Assembly: GCA_964016885.1 (NCBI GenBank)
Contig: OZ024745.1
Span: 69,688,001 to 69,752,000 of the forward strand
From: Eledone cirrhosa
Lineage: Eukaryota
Length of the DNA stretch: 64,000 bases
Reading direction: 5' to 3'
The position numbers and the translations under genes are program-made. The notes under the pieces were generated by a model, which saw nothing but the letters and a program-made list of their open reading frames with translations, was not told the DNA's origin and searched no databases. Below are positions 52,841 to 64,000 of this stretch, piece after piece (within the stretch, counting starts at the first letter, position 1; the number at the start of each line of letters is the position of its first letter).

Positions 52841-54009
52841 CCATCACAGATAACATCATGCGGTTGGAATACCTTCTTGTTGAGTTATTTAATACCTTAT
52901 TCTGTTTCACAGAATAGTGTTTCACCGTTTGGCTATATTTTTCCTGTAGGTAAAGAAGCAAGAGAAGAGATTACTTTTTTGTTTCTTTGTTCCTTTCGTA
53001 TTGCTTAAAACGTTATGTTTACTCTAACAAATTAAATTCACATATGATAATTTCATTTATATATAAAAATTGGCTTATACCAAAAAGCGACAAATGAATG
53101 GTAACAAATCACATTCTTCGCTGGAGGGGGTATATATTTTATAACGTAGGTGTTCCGAATGTAACTATATGTTGAATTAACATATCGTTCGCCTAGGTAG
53201 CTCTGGAAAAAACAACTGTAGATCATGATCATTACCTGTCGAATTTCTGCCCAGGATACTGAGAGACTTGATACATATGGGCCGGTAGGAAAAACGTTTT
53301 CTATGATAGTATACAACAGTTCCAGCATGAATGCTCCAGAAAAGGGGATGACAGAAGCTCACTCGTTACTATTGCCGAATTCCTATTGCCGAATTCCGCG
53401 AATCAACAATTATAATTTTCAGTATTCATTCGGATATGTTTAACATATAATGGACTTCTATCGCATCTGCTTGCCCATTATACATAGGTGCAACCTCACT
53501 AAAATACCGATTGTGTGTATGTGCATCTATAATATGTGTGTATATGTGTTATAGAGGTATAATTGATGTACTCCATATATAGTGAATATTAGAGAACAAT
53601 TTAAAATGGATATTTCAATTAGGCGCTTCTATAATGTTCCTGTTTCTGTTTCTGAGACTGACAGGAGATAGGGCAGGACGGCAAGGGTAAAAAGCAATTA
53701 ATATATCAGATGAAAAATTTTGAAACAGAAAAATAATAAAACGAGGTGCTGTGTATATGACATACTTGTAGTCTTTAATATGACCCCATTTCTTATCTGT
53801 ATTGATTCTTATGTGAATTCATTTTGAAAACATGTCTTGGTCTCTGTTTGATGTTTATCAATTTGAAATCTGAATATTGCAGATTTAATGAATATACGTT
53901 TCTGTATATACAAGAGAATGAACTTATGTGGACATTTTGCTTGTTTGTTGAAAATACTTTTCTCATTTAAAATATTTTGTGAAACAAAATTAAACTTTCA
54001 GGTCATTTT

Positions 54010-54290
54010 GAGATGAGAGGTCACAACTCGGACACAATGGTCATATGGTTAGATTGTCTCAGGAAAGAATCACTGGAGAGATTTTACGGGCAAAACCAAC
54101 GGGCAGGAGAAGCAAGGGTGGACCGCGATCAGTTTGTTTGGATAATATCCATGTGCTTAGCTGGTTTCGCTTGAAAATCCAGCCGGATTAGTTGGAGATG
54201 GTTGCTTCTAACAAGACCTGCTGGAAGGACTGTTTGAGGACTCTGGCCCCACGTCCCTCTCAGGAATAATTGGGCAAAGACGAAGAAGTG
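54010..54290 (+). mobile_element. RTE-type LINE 3' end
   Basis: RSQLGHNGHMVRLSQERITGEILRAKPTGRRSKGGPR..W..L.PRPSQE*, ending in a GAA repeat. Confidence 0.75.
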
Positions 54291-55797
54291 TTTACTTAAC
54301 AACATAGCATTGTCAATTTTATTCAGATGTTTTCAGATATTGTGTTGTAGATGTTAATATTCTTTCAAGAATGGCAATAGTAAGATTACTGTAATATCAA
54401 TGGTGAAAATATGTCTGGCTTGCTAGAACTCTCACTAATGGGAAGCAAAAATAAATGCTTCAAATTTCTCTCAATAGTTCTTATCAGTGTAAAATGCTCA
54501 TAGATTATTGACCTACTGAACAGTGAGTTATAAGTTAGAACAGAATAGTTAATGGCATTGCAATCATCCGGAAACTGGGAGCTATTTTAAATAACGATAC
54601 ATAGCAGCATCTTCTTCCTTCTAGGCGTTGTGTCTGCACACAGTATTCCCGACAGGTTTCGAAGTCTGCTTCGTCGCCAGTGCCATTAATTATAGACACG
54701 GATGATAAAAGCCCTGAACGTGAAATTGAGAAGACGTAGACTTCACATTCACATATTGGTATGAAGTGGAATCTCTTTAAGGAGTGCTTTGTCTGTAAAG
54801 ACACATCTATATGCACGATATTTCTCTGGAACGACCAGCTATCAACAAGTTTACTTCAATAGCTAGCTGTTCTTGTGATTGAAGAAATGGAACATCATGA
54901 TAGAAACCGAACGATATTCATTCTCTCCCAGGCAATGTCTACTCAATGAAATTTGCGGTAGGTAGCAATTGTTATGAGATATATGTCCTACAGAAACAAT
55001 TATGGAAGTATAACCAGTGATTCCTGGTCACATGTTTATATGTGCAAAATGAATTAATCAAATATCGGACATGCTTATGGCAGCTCAGAAATATACTAGA
55101 GTTAAATCATTGTTATATTGGTAGGTGAAATGTCTCATGTACATTGTGTTCCTAAAATTCCTACAAAAGTGCAGCTATATTTCTATACAGATTTAATGTA
55201 GTTAAAGGAATGACTAAAGGAAATCAATATATCTTATTGTTAGGCATCCGACACGAGCAAAACCAAAGACTTAAGCTGTAAAATTATGACAGAAGTCGTC
55301 GTAATAATAATTTCTCTCAAGTTAACAAAATGGAGGTACAGTCAATAGAAACTGCTGCGCTGAAAGATAACGTCAACCTTTATAAGCTGGCAAAATAAAT
55401 CAATCATTCGTAAAGTAAAGACTTTGCCAGTGAAATCTGAAGAGCTAAAGGAAAACATATGAGTAATCGGGTAAATACAGGGTGCGCTGTATATATTGTC
55501 ACGTTGTGCATCGTGAACGGTTTACTGGAAAATATCTAAGGGTGGAACTCCATCGGTTTAATGAGGTGTTTGCTTATTATTTGATCAATAAAACAGCTGC
55601 TACTGAAATTAAATTTCACGCGGCTGGGTGCTCCATATATACATAAAGCTTTAACGTAATTCTCTCAGAGATTCCACCTAATGAGGCTAGTCCTTTGATT
55701 AAAAGGTTCAATCCAAACATTTGCCCCAATTTGCAGCAATTGATCTACTATACCAAAATATTTTTAATATTTTTGCAAAATCGTTGATCGTGATAAT

Positions 55798-55974
<177 letters not shown>

Positions 55975-56114
55975 GACAAGTAAAATATGTTTTAAAACAG
56001 TGAGCAGATTTGAAATTAGAAAATAGAATAGCTTTCACCGTATATTTTGACTAAAGAAATTTTAGTCTGTTAATGGGGTTTAGAACCCTCAGATAAATGG
56101 AAAAAGATGAGTAT

Positions 56115-56186
56115 TGACGTACATGGGAGTCGAACCCACATCTTTGGTTATTCAGACCACTGTGCTACCATTTACACCAACACATC
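56115..56186 (-). tRNA. tRNA-like sequence, anticodon GAA (probable pseudogene or SINE head)
   Basis: 72-nt cloverleaf: GATGTGT/GTACGTC acceptor stem (3 G-U pairs), GTGT/GCAC D arm, TGGT-CTGAATA-ACCA anticodon arm, GTGGG-TTCGACT-CCCAT T arm. Confidence 0.55.
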
Positions 56187-56195
56187 ACATATATG

Positions 56196-56743
56196 TTGGT
56201 AAAAGGAAAAGAAAATGCTGACAAATTATTCCCAGTGAAAAATAGTTTAATTAGTAATAAGTAAAAAATTAGTAATAAGTATTGGTTAGTATTCAGTTTT
56301 GGTTTTAAGTTTTTACCGGTTGCGCATTTCTAATGCTTTTCAAAAATAATGTTGAGATAGAGCGCCCGTGATGTTTGCTCTAATCTGATCAGTTTTGGAA
56401 ATTCTACCTGTTTTATGTGAAAAAAGTGGCTCCAGAAGTATTAAAATAAGTTTCGCGCCAATTCGAGTTGCAAACATTTTTGTGGTCAAAACTATTTTGA
56501 TTGGTCGGTAGAGGTCACGTGAATGTTAAACATTGATTTTGCGCCAAATGTAGGTTTGCCGAAGAGTGTCTTTTTTCGCCTGATTGAGAAGTCACTGAAA
56601 AATAAGTCTTTTAAGACAAATATGCGTGTGTGTGTGTGTGTGTGTAGTAAAGAGGTTCATTGTTGTGATAATGGTCAGTAGGGATGTGTGTGTGAATTGC
56701 AGTCATGTTGACAGGTCAAATGTTCCGGTGCCTTTTAAGAAAA

Positions 56744-56800
<57 letters not shown>

Positions 56801-59143
56801 CGAAAGAGAGTGTGTGTGTGTAGCCGAGTAATTCGTGGTAGAGGGATCGGTCAGTAGGAATGTGTCTGTACGTGTGTGGGGTATATTTTAACATGTAGAA
56901 ATATATTTTTCAGCTCTTGTCTTATACGGAGAAGTGTGTGTGTGTGTGTGTGTGTGTATATGTCTCTTTGTATGTTAGTGTATGTGTGTGTATATATGTG
57001 TGTGTATACGTGTGTATGTGTGCGTGTGGGGGGGGGGGGTACCAGTATTTTTGTGATACTGGTAAAAATCGTGCACATTATTCGATATTTTCAGCAAAAA
57101 CGATTCTCAAGAGAACATCAAAAACATTAATAATAAAAGGTGTGAAATGATATATAGTATTGTCATAGCACCAAGGTGTGTGTGAGTGTCCAGATTGTAC
57201 GTACTGCAAGGGGAATCCATTAGGCCCTGCCGTATTGGAATACTTGAGTACAAATATGTATGTGCCCATCAGTGTGCAATGCATGTGTGCGTATATGTGT
57301 GTGTGTCGGCACGTTTATATCTATAGACATCAAAAGGTATGAAAATTTGTGTATATTTGTGTTGCACCATAGACCATGTGTGTTTACGTATGTCATTGTG
57401 TTTATATGTGGATAGAGATGTATGTAGGATGTATGCTGATGAAGGTATGTATGTTGACGTGTGTATGTTGTGGGTTCGTCTTAGGGAGAAGTGTTTAGAC
57501 GGGGTCCGTATTTGTTAATAAATTGAGATTCCTTGCTGATGCGCTGGGTGTGGGTGACATTATCTTTAAATTGGTAGAGGGTAAAGATTCTGAAGTTGGG
57601 ATGATTTTGGGCGGCACAGGTATCAATGTGTTCACTCAGTGGTATTTTACTGTATTCCTGTATTTTAATTTGGGATCTATGGACAGTCATGCATTGGCGG
57701 CGGCTGTTTTTGGTCTGGCCTATGTATTGTTCTAGACAACCTGAGCAAGTTAATACATATATTAGATTTTCTGATGCGCATGTTAAATTCTGTTTTATTA
57801 TAAAACGTTGTCCTAATCTCTAATCTTTATTAACAAATACCTACCCCGTCTAAGCACTTCTCCCTAAGACGATCCTACAACATACACACGTCAACATACA
57901 TACCTACATCAGCATACATCCTTCATACATCTCTATCCACATATAGACACAATGACATATGTAAACACACATGTTCTATGGTGCAACACAAATATACACA
58001 AATTTGCGTACCTTTTGATGTCTATAGATATAAACGTGCCGATACACACACATACATATACGAACATATGCATTGCACACTGATGGGCACATACATATTT
58101 GTACACAAGTATTCCAATACAGCAGGGCCTAATGGATTCCCCTTGCAGTACGTACAATCTGGACACTCACACACACCTTGGTGTTATGACAATACTATAT
58201 ATCATTTCACACCTTTTATTATTAATGTTTTTGATGTTCTCTTGAGAGAATCATTTTGCTGAAAATATCGAATAATGTACACCATTTTTACCAGTATCAC
58301 AAAAATCCTGGTCCACCCACACACACACACACACATACACACATATACACACACACACATATATACACACACACGCATACATAGAGACATATACAAACAC
58401 ACACACACTTCTCTGTATAAGACAAGAGCTGAAAAATATCTTTTAACATGTTAAAATAACCCCACACACGTACAGACACATTCCTACTGACCGATCCCTC
58501 CACCACGAATTACTCTGCTACACACACACACACACAATCACACACACATACGCACACACACACATATTTTTCTTAATAAGCACCGGAACTGTTGACCCGT
58601 CAACATGACTGCAATTCACACACACATCCCTACTGACCATTATCACAACAATGAACCTCTTTACACACCCTCACACACGCATATTTGTCTTAAAAGACTT
58701 ATTTTTCAGTGACTTCTCAATAAGGCGAAAAAAGACACTCTTCGACAAACCTACATTTGGCGCAAAATCAAATTTTAACATTCACGTGACTTCTACTGAC
58801 CAATCAAAATTGTTTTGACCACAAGAATTCTTGCCACACGAATTGGCGCGAAACTTATTTTAATACTTCTGGAGCCACTTTTTTCACATAAAACAGCTAA
58901 AATTTCCAAAACTAATCAGATTAGAGCAAACATCACGGGCGCTCTATCTCAAAATTATTTTTGAAAAGCATTAGAAATGCGCAACCGGCAAAAACTTAAA
59001 ACCAAAACTGAATACTAACCAATACTTATTACTAATTTTTACTTCTTCCTATTTAAACTATTTTTCACTGGGAACAATTTGTCAGCATTTTCTTTTTCTT
59101 TTACCAATATATCATAACTCGTGTGTTATACCTCTATTCTTTT
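56196..59143. mobile_element. PLE family A palindrome: minus arm 56196-57812 (GIY-YIG C-terminus + 3' UTR), plus arm ~57826-59143
   Basis: Both arms align to 25033-26600; ORF 57481-57690 is the endonuclease C-terminus. Confidence 0.93.
56311..56346 (-). ncRNA. Variant hammerhead-like motif in PLE-A 3' UTR (also 25183-25218 -, 29770-29805 +, 58958-58993 +)
   Basis: TTT-TTGAAAA-GCAT tagaa ATGC-GCA-ACCGGT-A-AAA: U3-A8 core, A13C, palindromic stem III, but only a 3-bp stem I. Confidence 0.5.
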
Positions 59144-59167
59144 AAATATATATATATACACATATAC

Positions 59168-59227
<60 letters not shown>

Positions 59228-59380
59228 AAAAAGAGATGAAATCGAAAATGCAACTGGAGTCTTATTTTTTTTTTAAATATATATATTTATTTGGTTCCTT
59301 TACTGGTTTCGCAGTTCTTCTGCTTTTCAAAAGGTGAGTTGAGATGGAGAGTCTGTGGTTAGACCCTCCATCTCAACTCA

Positions 59381-59418
59381 CCTTTTGAAAAGCAGAAGAA
59401 CTGCGAAACAGGTAAAGG
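59381..59418 (+). ncRNA. Minimal type I hammerhead, U3-A8 variant (second copy 59297-59334, minus strand)
   Basis: CCTT-TTGAAAA-GCAG aagaa CTGC-GAA-ACAGGT-A-AAGG; the other arm has ACCAGT, so the inferred ancestor is the palindrome ACCGGT; GUA triplet. Confidence 0.72.
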
Positions 59419-59539
59419 AACCAAATAATTATATATATATTTTTAAAAAAAATAAGACTGCAGTTGCATTTTCGATTTCATCTGACAGACAAGTTTGCAA
59501 TTTTCTGAAAATTGCAAACTTGACTGTCACCACATATTA

Positions 59540-59578
59540 TGAACCTGAAGATTGCGAAAGCATGAAAGTACTTGTTCA
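59540..59578 (+). ncRNA. Minimal type I hammerhead with U10.1-U11.1
   Basis: TGAAC-CTGAAGA-TTGC gaaa GCAT-GAA-AGTACT-T-GTTCA; GNRA loop II, palindromic stem III. Confidence 0.75.
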
Positions 59579-59817
59579 ATTAACACTTAGAATTTAATAT
59601 TCTATCATACTATTTCATTATAATACCATTATATATTTTAAAGGATTGTAAATAAAACGAGTAAATCAGACAAAGTTGGAATTCCTCTTATTAATATATA
59701 TATATATATATATATATAAATTATTAAAAAAATAATGATTAAACAAAGAAATAGTTCCTTATATTCCTACATATATATATATATATTATTATATATATGT
59801 ATATACACATATACACA

Positions 59818-59976
<159 letters not shown>

Positions 59977-60481
59977 GTTTAAAAAATACTATTTTCGAAT
60001 AAGTAAACAGAAAAAGATAAGCGTAGGTAAAGAAATTATTACAGCACAAAGTATGAGATTTATGACAACAAGCTACTCAGAAGGCTAAATGCAATTCTGC
60101 TTGATTTGTATGAAATCCGTATTCGCGGTGTTTAAGTAAACTCATAGAGCAAATGTTACAATGATTTATACCAAAACGGTTTAATAGTGTAATGAATTAA
60201 CGCACGTTTCTTCCACATCGTAAGCAGATATATATTTTAAAACCGTCTAATGTAAACATTAACCGTTAGGCTAAATCGATATGACTTTAAGAGGTAAAAA
60301 GTTTCTTATATTCTCTTTTTATTAATTCTGATGTTTCCAATGATCTCTTCATATAATTAATTAAGTAATAATTGGTTATATGTCTGCTTATGATGAGTAG
60401 AAAATGTGCGTTAATTTATTAAAATTTAATATAATTAACGGTTTGGGACTCTTTTATTATATATATATATTTATTTTTTTC

Positions 60482-60692
60482 GTCGATCGACTTTCGTCAA
60501 ATCGGACCGAGGAGACAATGTTTCCATTGGTCTTTCCAATTGGTAATACTATCTATTGGTCGCGACTCCAGGTAGAAGGAGCAACGTGAAATAAAATGTC
60601 TTGGTCAAGGACATAACGCATCGCCTGGTCTAGGAATCGAACAACCTCGCGATTGCGAATCCAGTTCTCTAACCAATGAGCCACACGCATTC
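60482..60692 (-). mobile_element. tRNA-derived SINE family 2
   Basis: Minus strand: GTGTGGCTCATTGGTTAGAG..TTCGATTCC..CCTTGACCAAGACATTTTATTTCACGTTGCTCC; tail shared with the 51983 copy. Confidence 0.75.
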
Positions 60693-62241
60693 ACATATAT
60701 ATTTGAATTTAGATAGATATAATATGAGATGTATTTAAGCTTCTGAAATTAGTTCGACCTTGTCTAAATCTGCTCAGGTGGTACAAACCACTATTAGACG
60801 AAAATCATAAACGATACATCCATGGAGCAACCTTACACAAATAGAAAATTACAAGTTTGATAGAAATCAAATACATCCAAGTATGTAAACAATTTAACAA
60901 ATACAATTTAAAGGTCTTTCATTTCAACACGACTATATTGCACAGTTTCGGCCCATCGAAAACATGGCAATTACAAATTTAGAAATTAAGAATTATTTAT
61001 TATCAGCAGCCTAGGACTAATGTATTCCCTCAGCAGGTTGTCCTAAAGATAATCGGAAATCCGTTTCATCTTCAGAAGGGGTGAAGCATAACTGTTTAAA
61101 AACACCCAACTGATTCAATCCAATTATCGGGACTAAATTATACCAGGACATTAGATCGATCTAATGATAGATGCCTAGAAGCCTCTGCAATTATATATAT
61201 GTATGATGCAGTATATAAATAAAATTTTCATTTTTCGTATTCACCTTAAGGTTCAACTATATTATAAAATTGATCACATTTTAATGCACCCTTATAATAC
61301 ATTAAAATCTAATGAATTATTTTACGAGCAGCTACAATAACGTTAATACATGACAAGTGTTAACATCAAAGTCGACGTATTGAGAATTCAACCCAGAATA
61401 AAAAGTTCTGTGAATTATAGTAGAGGAAGCACTGTTACACCAAGTTAGGAGGGAACATTATGTGCGCAAACTAAATCTGCTTAATGTTACTATAAATATT
61501 GCTCATAGAATTGTTTACAATAGCTGATATTGTTATTATTATCATTATGAATGTTGACGGTGATAATGATAATAATTGCAAATGTAAAAACAATAGTATT
61601 ATGACTGACAAACGTCTCTTTGTTAAACTACGGTCCAAGTGCAGTAAGAGCATTTAACAATGTAACAACAGAATAGTAAATTGAGACAAGAGAAAGGAGG
61701 TCTGCTGTATAATTGGGTAACAAAGGGAAATCACTGTAAATTACCATAATAATACAATCTACAAACACTATTCTTTCAACCGACTGCCTTTGAAGAAAGT
61801 ATAGGGAACATAGAATTAAGAAAATCACATTCAATTATAATGATACCGTTGATGAAGCCGGCTTATTTTGTATACAATGCAATAAATTAAAGCAGGAGTC
61901 TTTCAAAATTCAAACAGAAAATTTACATTTCTTCTATCTTATCAAGTGGGATTTTGTTGTATTGGAATAAATGTATAGAGCTGGTTTTGATTTATGGTAT
62001 TTTTTATCATTGATTCTGTACAAAGTGGCAATCAAGAGATAATTAATTCTGAACTTCTACGTCAATGATTTAACTGAAAAAGCAATCAAAATTAAAGGAT
62101 TTTTTGTTTTGATTTTGTGAGGTGGGAGAATTTCTTCTATCTATTTATAAAGTTTTAACTTAAACAACAAAAATTATCTCGCCTTGATTGACGTAGTTCC
62201 CTTGCATTAAATCCCACGCTACTCCACACACACACACACAC

Positions 62242-62294
<53 letters not shown>

Positions 62295-64000
62295 TGTGTG
62301 CGAGTGTGTGTGTACGTGTGCATAATTACATATATATATATATATATGTGCAAATAACATATGCTCAAACATACAGATACTCATTTATTATGCCTATTGA
62401 ATCATACATACATATGCAGACGTACTACTATCTATCTATTGTATCCCTGCCTCTCTATACATAAATGCACACAGACAAACAAATACACAAAAACGCTCAC
62501 ACACACATATGTATATATATATATATATATATACATACTTACATACATTAAGATATTCATTAAACACTAACATATTGATCATACTCACATATGTATAAAT
62601 TTCCAAATCTATATATTTTCCTGTGCAGGGAAAAGGTAATGAATATCTTGAATCTATTTCCGACACTAAATCTTCTAAGTAATTATCTAAATCTGCTCAA
62701 CAACCACGAGAAATTATGCAACTGTCGAGCATCTAAACCCGTATGCAATATATTACTATTACTGCAATGGACGTACTAGTATGAGTATTGTTAACGATTG
62801 ACTTAGTAGCTAATTTTAATATATATTAATTTGTGCACAAACCAGTCCACGTATGCAATAACCTTTTGTCAATCAATATGCAATGAGTCTACGTAATGTT
62901 ATGTATATTTTGATGACATGTGGTTCGTGATCTTCCGCGTCTTATCCTTTCACTTGATATTCTTCAGCTCGATGCTGATGAGCTGGAAGTACGTCGCCTA
63001 GTGGTTATGATGATGGATGTGCGATAATAAGATAATGAATTAGATTCCTAAACCTGGCAGAGCCTTTTGTTCTTCGGCAAAATGATTCCTTTCAGGCTGC
63101 ATTTAATGAATAGGTCTTGAGCTACTATTATTAAAACACTCGAGAATCTGCTTGAGATATATCCACGTAGAAAGCTCGCTAAATCTACAAGGTTTTGAGG
63201 TTTAGCGACATCAACAACAACCAATAATACGATGTGGCTGAGGACCCAGTCACTAAAACACCCGACAGCCCTCGCAGAAAGAGTCGGCTGTTTCTGACTA
63301 GGTGTAAAATGTAAAGTTAATCGTTACATTGCTTTTCTTTACATGCCCTTTATCTGGGTCTTGCTAGACATGATCAGTCAATTGTGTTCTCATACACGTA
63401 TAGCAGATATAGTCACTCGTAAATCATGCTCCAGGCTAAACTGTACAATTACTCCGATTCCACATCAATCATAAATCTAGTTTCACATCAACATACGTAA
63501 CATAAGCTATACTAATTCCCCATTTCCCTAATAACCAATGAAGGAGCATTTACACGCTTACCCGAGTTGCAGCCAAATCTCAGGTTACAAGGCTGGAGAG
63601 GAATACCTGATTTAACAGTGATTCTCCTCTCTACGCACACAAATACAGAATTATCACGGTCTGCTGGACGCAGTTATGCTGGGCTATCGCTTACCTTAGG
63701 CTAGAGAATTCTAACAAAAACGATATAAACAACAATATCAAACAACAAGTAAAAAGGATCAACAACTATAATTTCATCAGGAATAAATATTTCTTCAATC
63801 ACAAAAGAAAAACAAGTACAACTAATCATTATTCTCAGAAAGCGCAATATACCACTCAAAAAACTAAAATACAAGATATTACCTATCTACAATATTCCGA
63901 ACATAAATATAATGCACGATAAATAAAATTAAATAACAATGTAATACAGGTAGAGCATTCAGAGTCACGAAGTGGTACATACATTACGCGTAATATAGAT

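Larger units (their letters stand above)
59225..59693. mobile_element. Non-coding fold-back element (family F) with two different HHRs
   Basis: Inverted arms 59234-59354 and 59361-59483, a near-perfect hairpin at 59483-59529, (TA)n on both sides. Confidence 0.75.

Noticed and set aside
62970-63010. CTGATGAG motif
   Set aside because: No stem II or GAAA follows it.
60700-64000. Possible host exons in the unique-looking AT-rich sequence
   Set aside because: No ORF with recognisable protein features; short exons cannot be excluded without RNA-seq.

Overview
AT-rich, microsatellite-rich eukaryotic DNA with no recognisable host exon. The SINE repertoire resembles that of octopus or another coleoid cephalopod (recognised from memory, not verified). 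The window is almost all transposon-derived: a full-length but decayed L1/Tx1-type LINE sitting in an (ATT)n tract, three families of GIY-YIG Penelope-like elements (PLEs, one nearly intact), two mariner relics, RTE fragments, a hAT-like MITE and about a dozen tRNA-derived SINE copies. The main unexpected signal is a set of type I hammerhead ribozyme (HHR) motifs found by eye in at least six unrelated repeat families, several with recurring non-canonical cores (U3-A8, U10.1-U11.1, A13C, an extra base after A9). They sit in PLE 3' ends and in non-coding elements, including a 466-nt tandem retrozyme-like unit with one copy starting at the predicted cleavage site. Most of these insertions are head-to-head inverted pairs whose two 3' ends point outward into (TA)n tracts, one end being full-length and the other shorter. 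All folds and family calls were made manually; no searches or folding programs were run.
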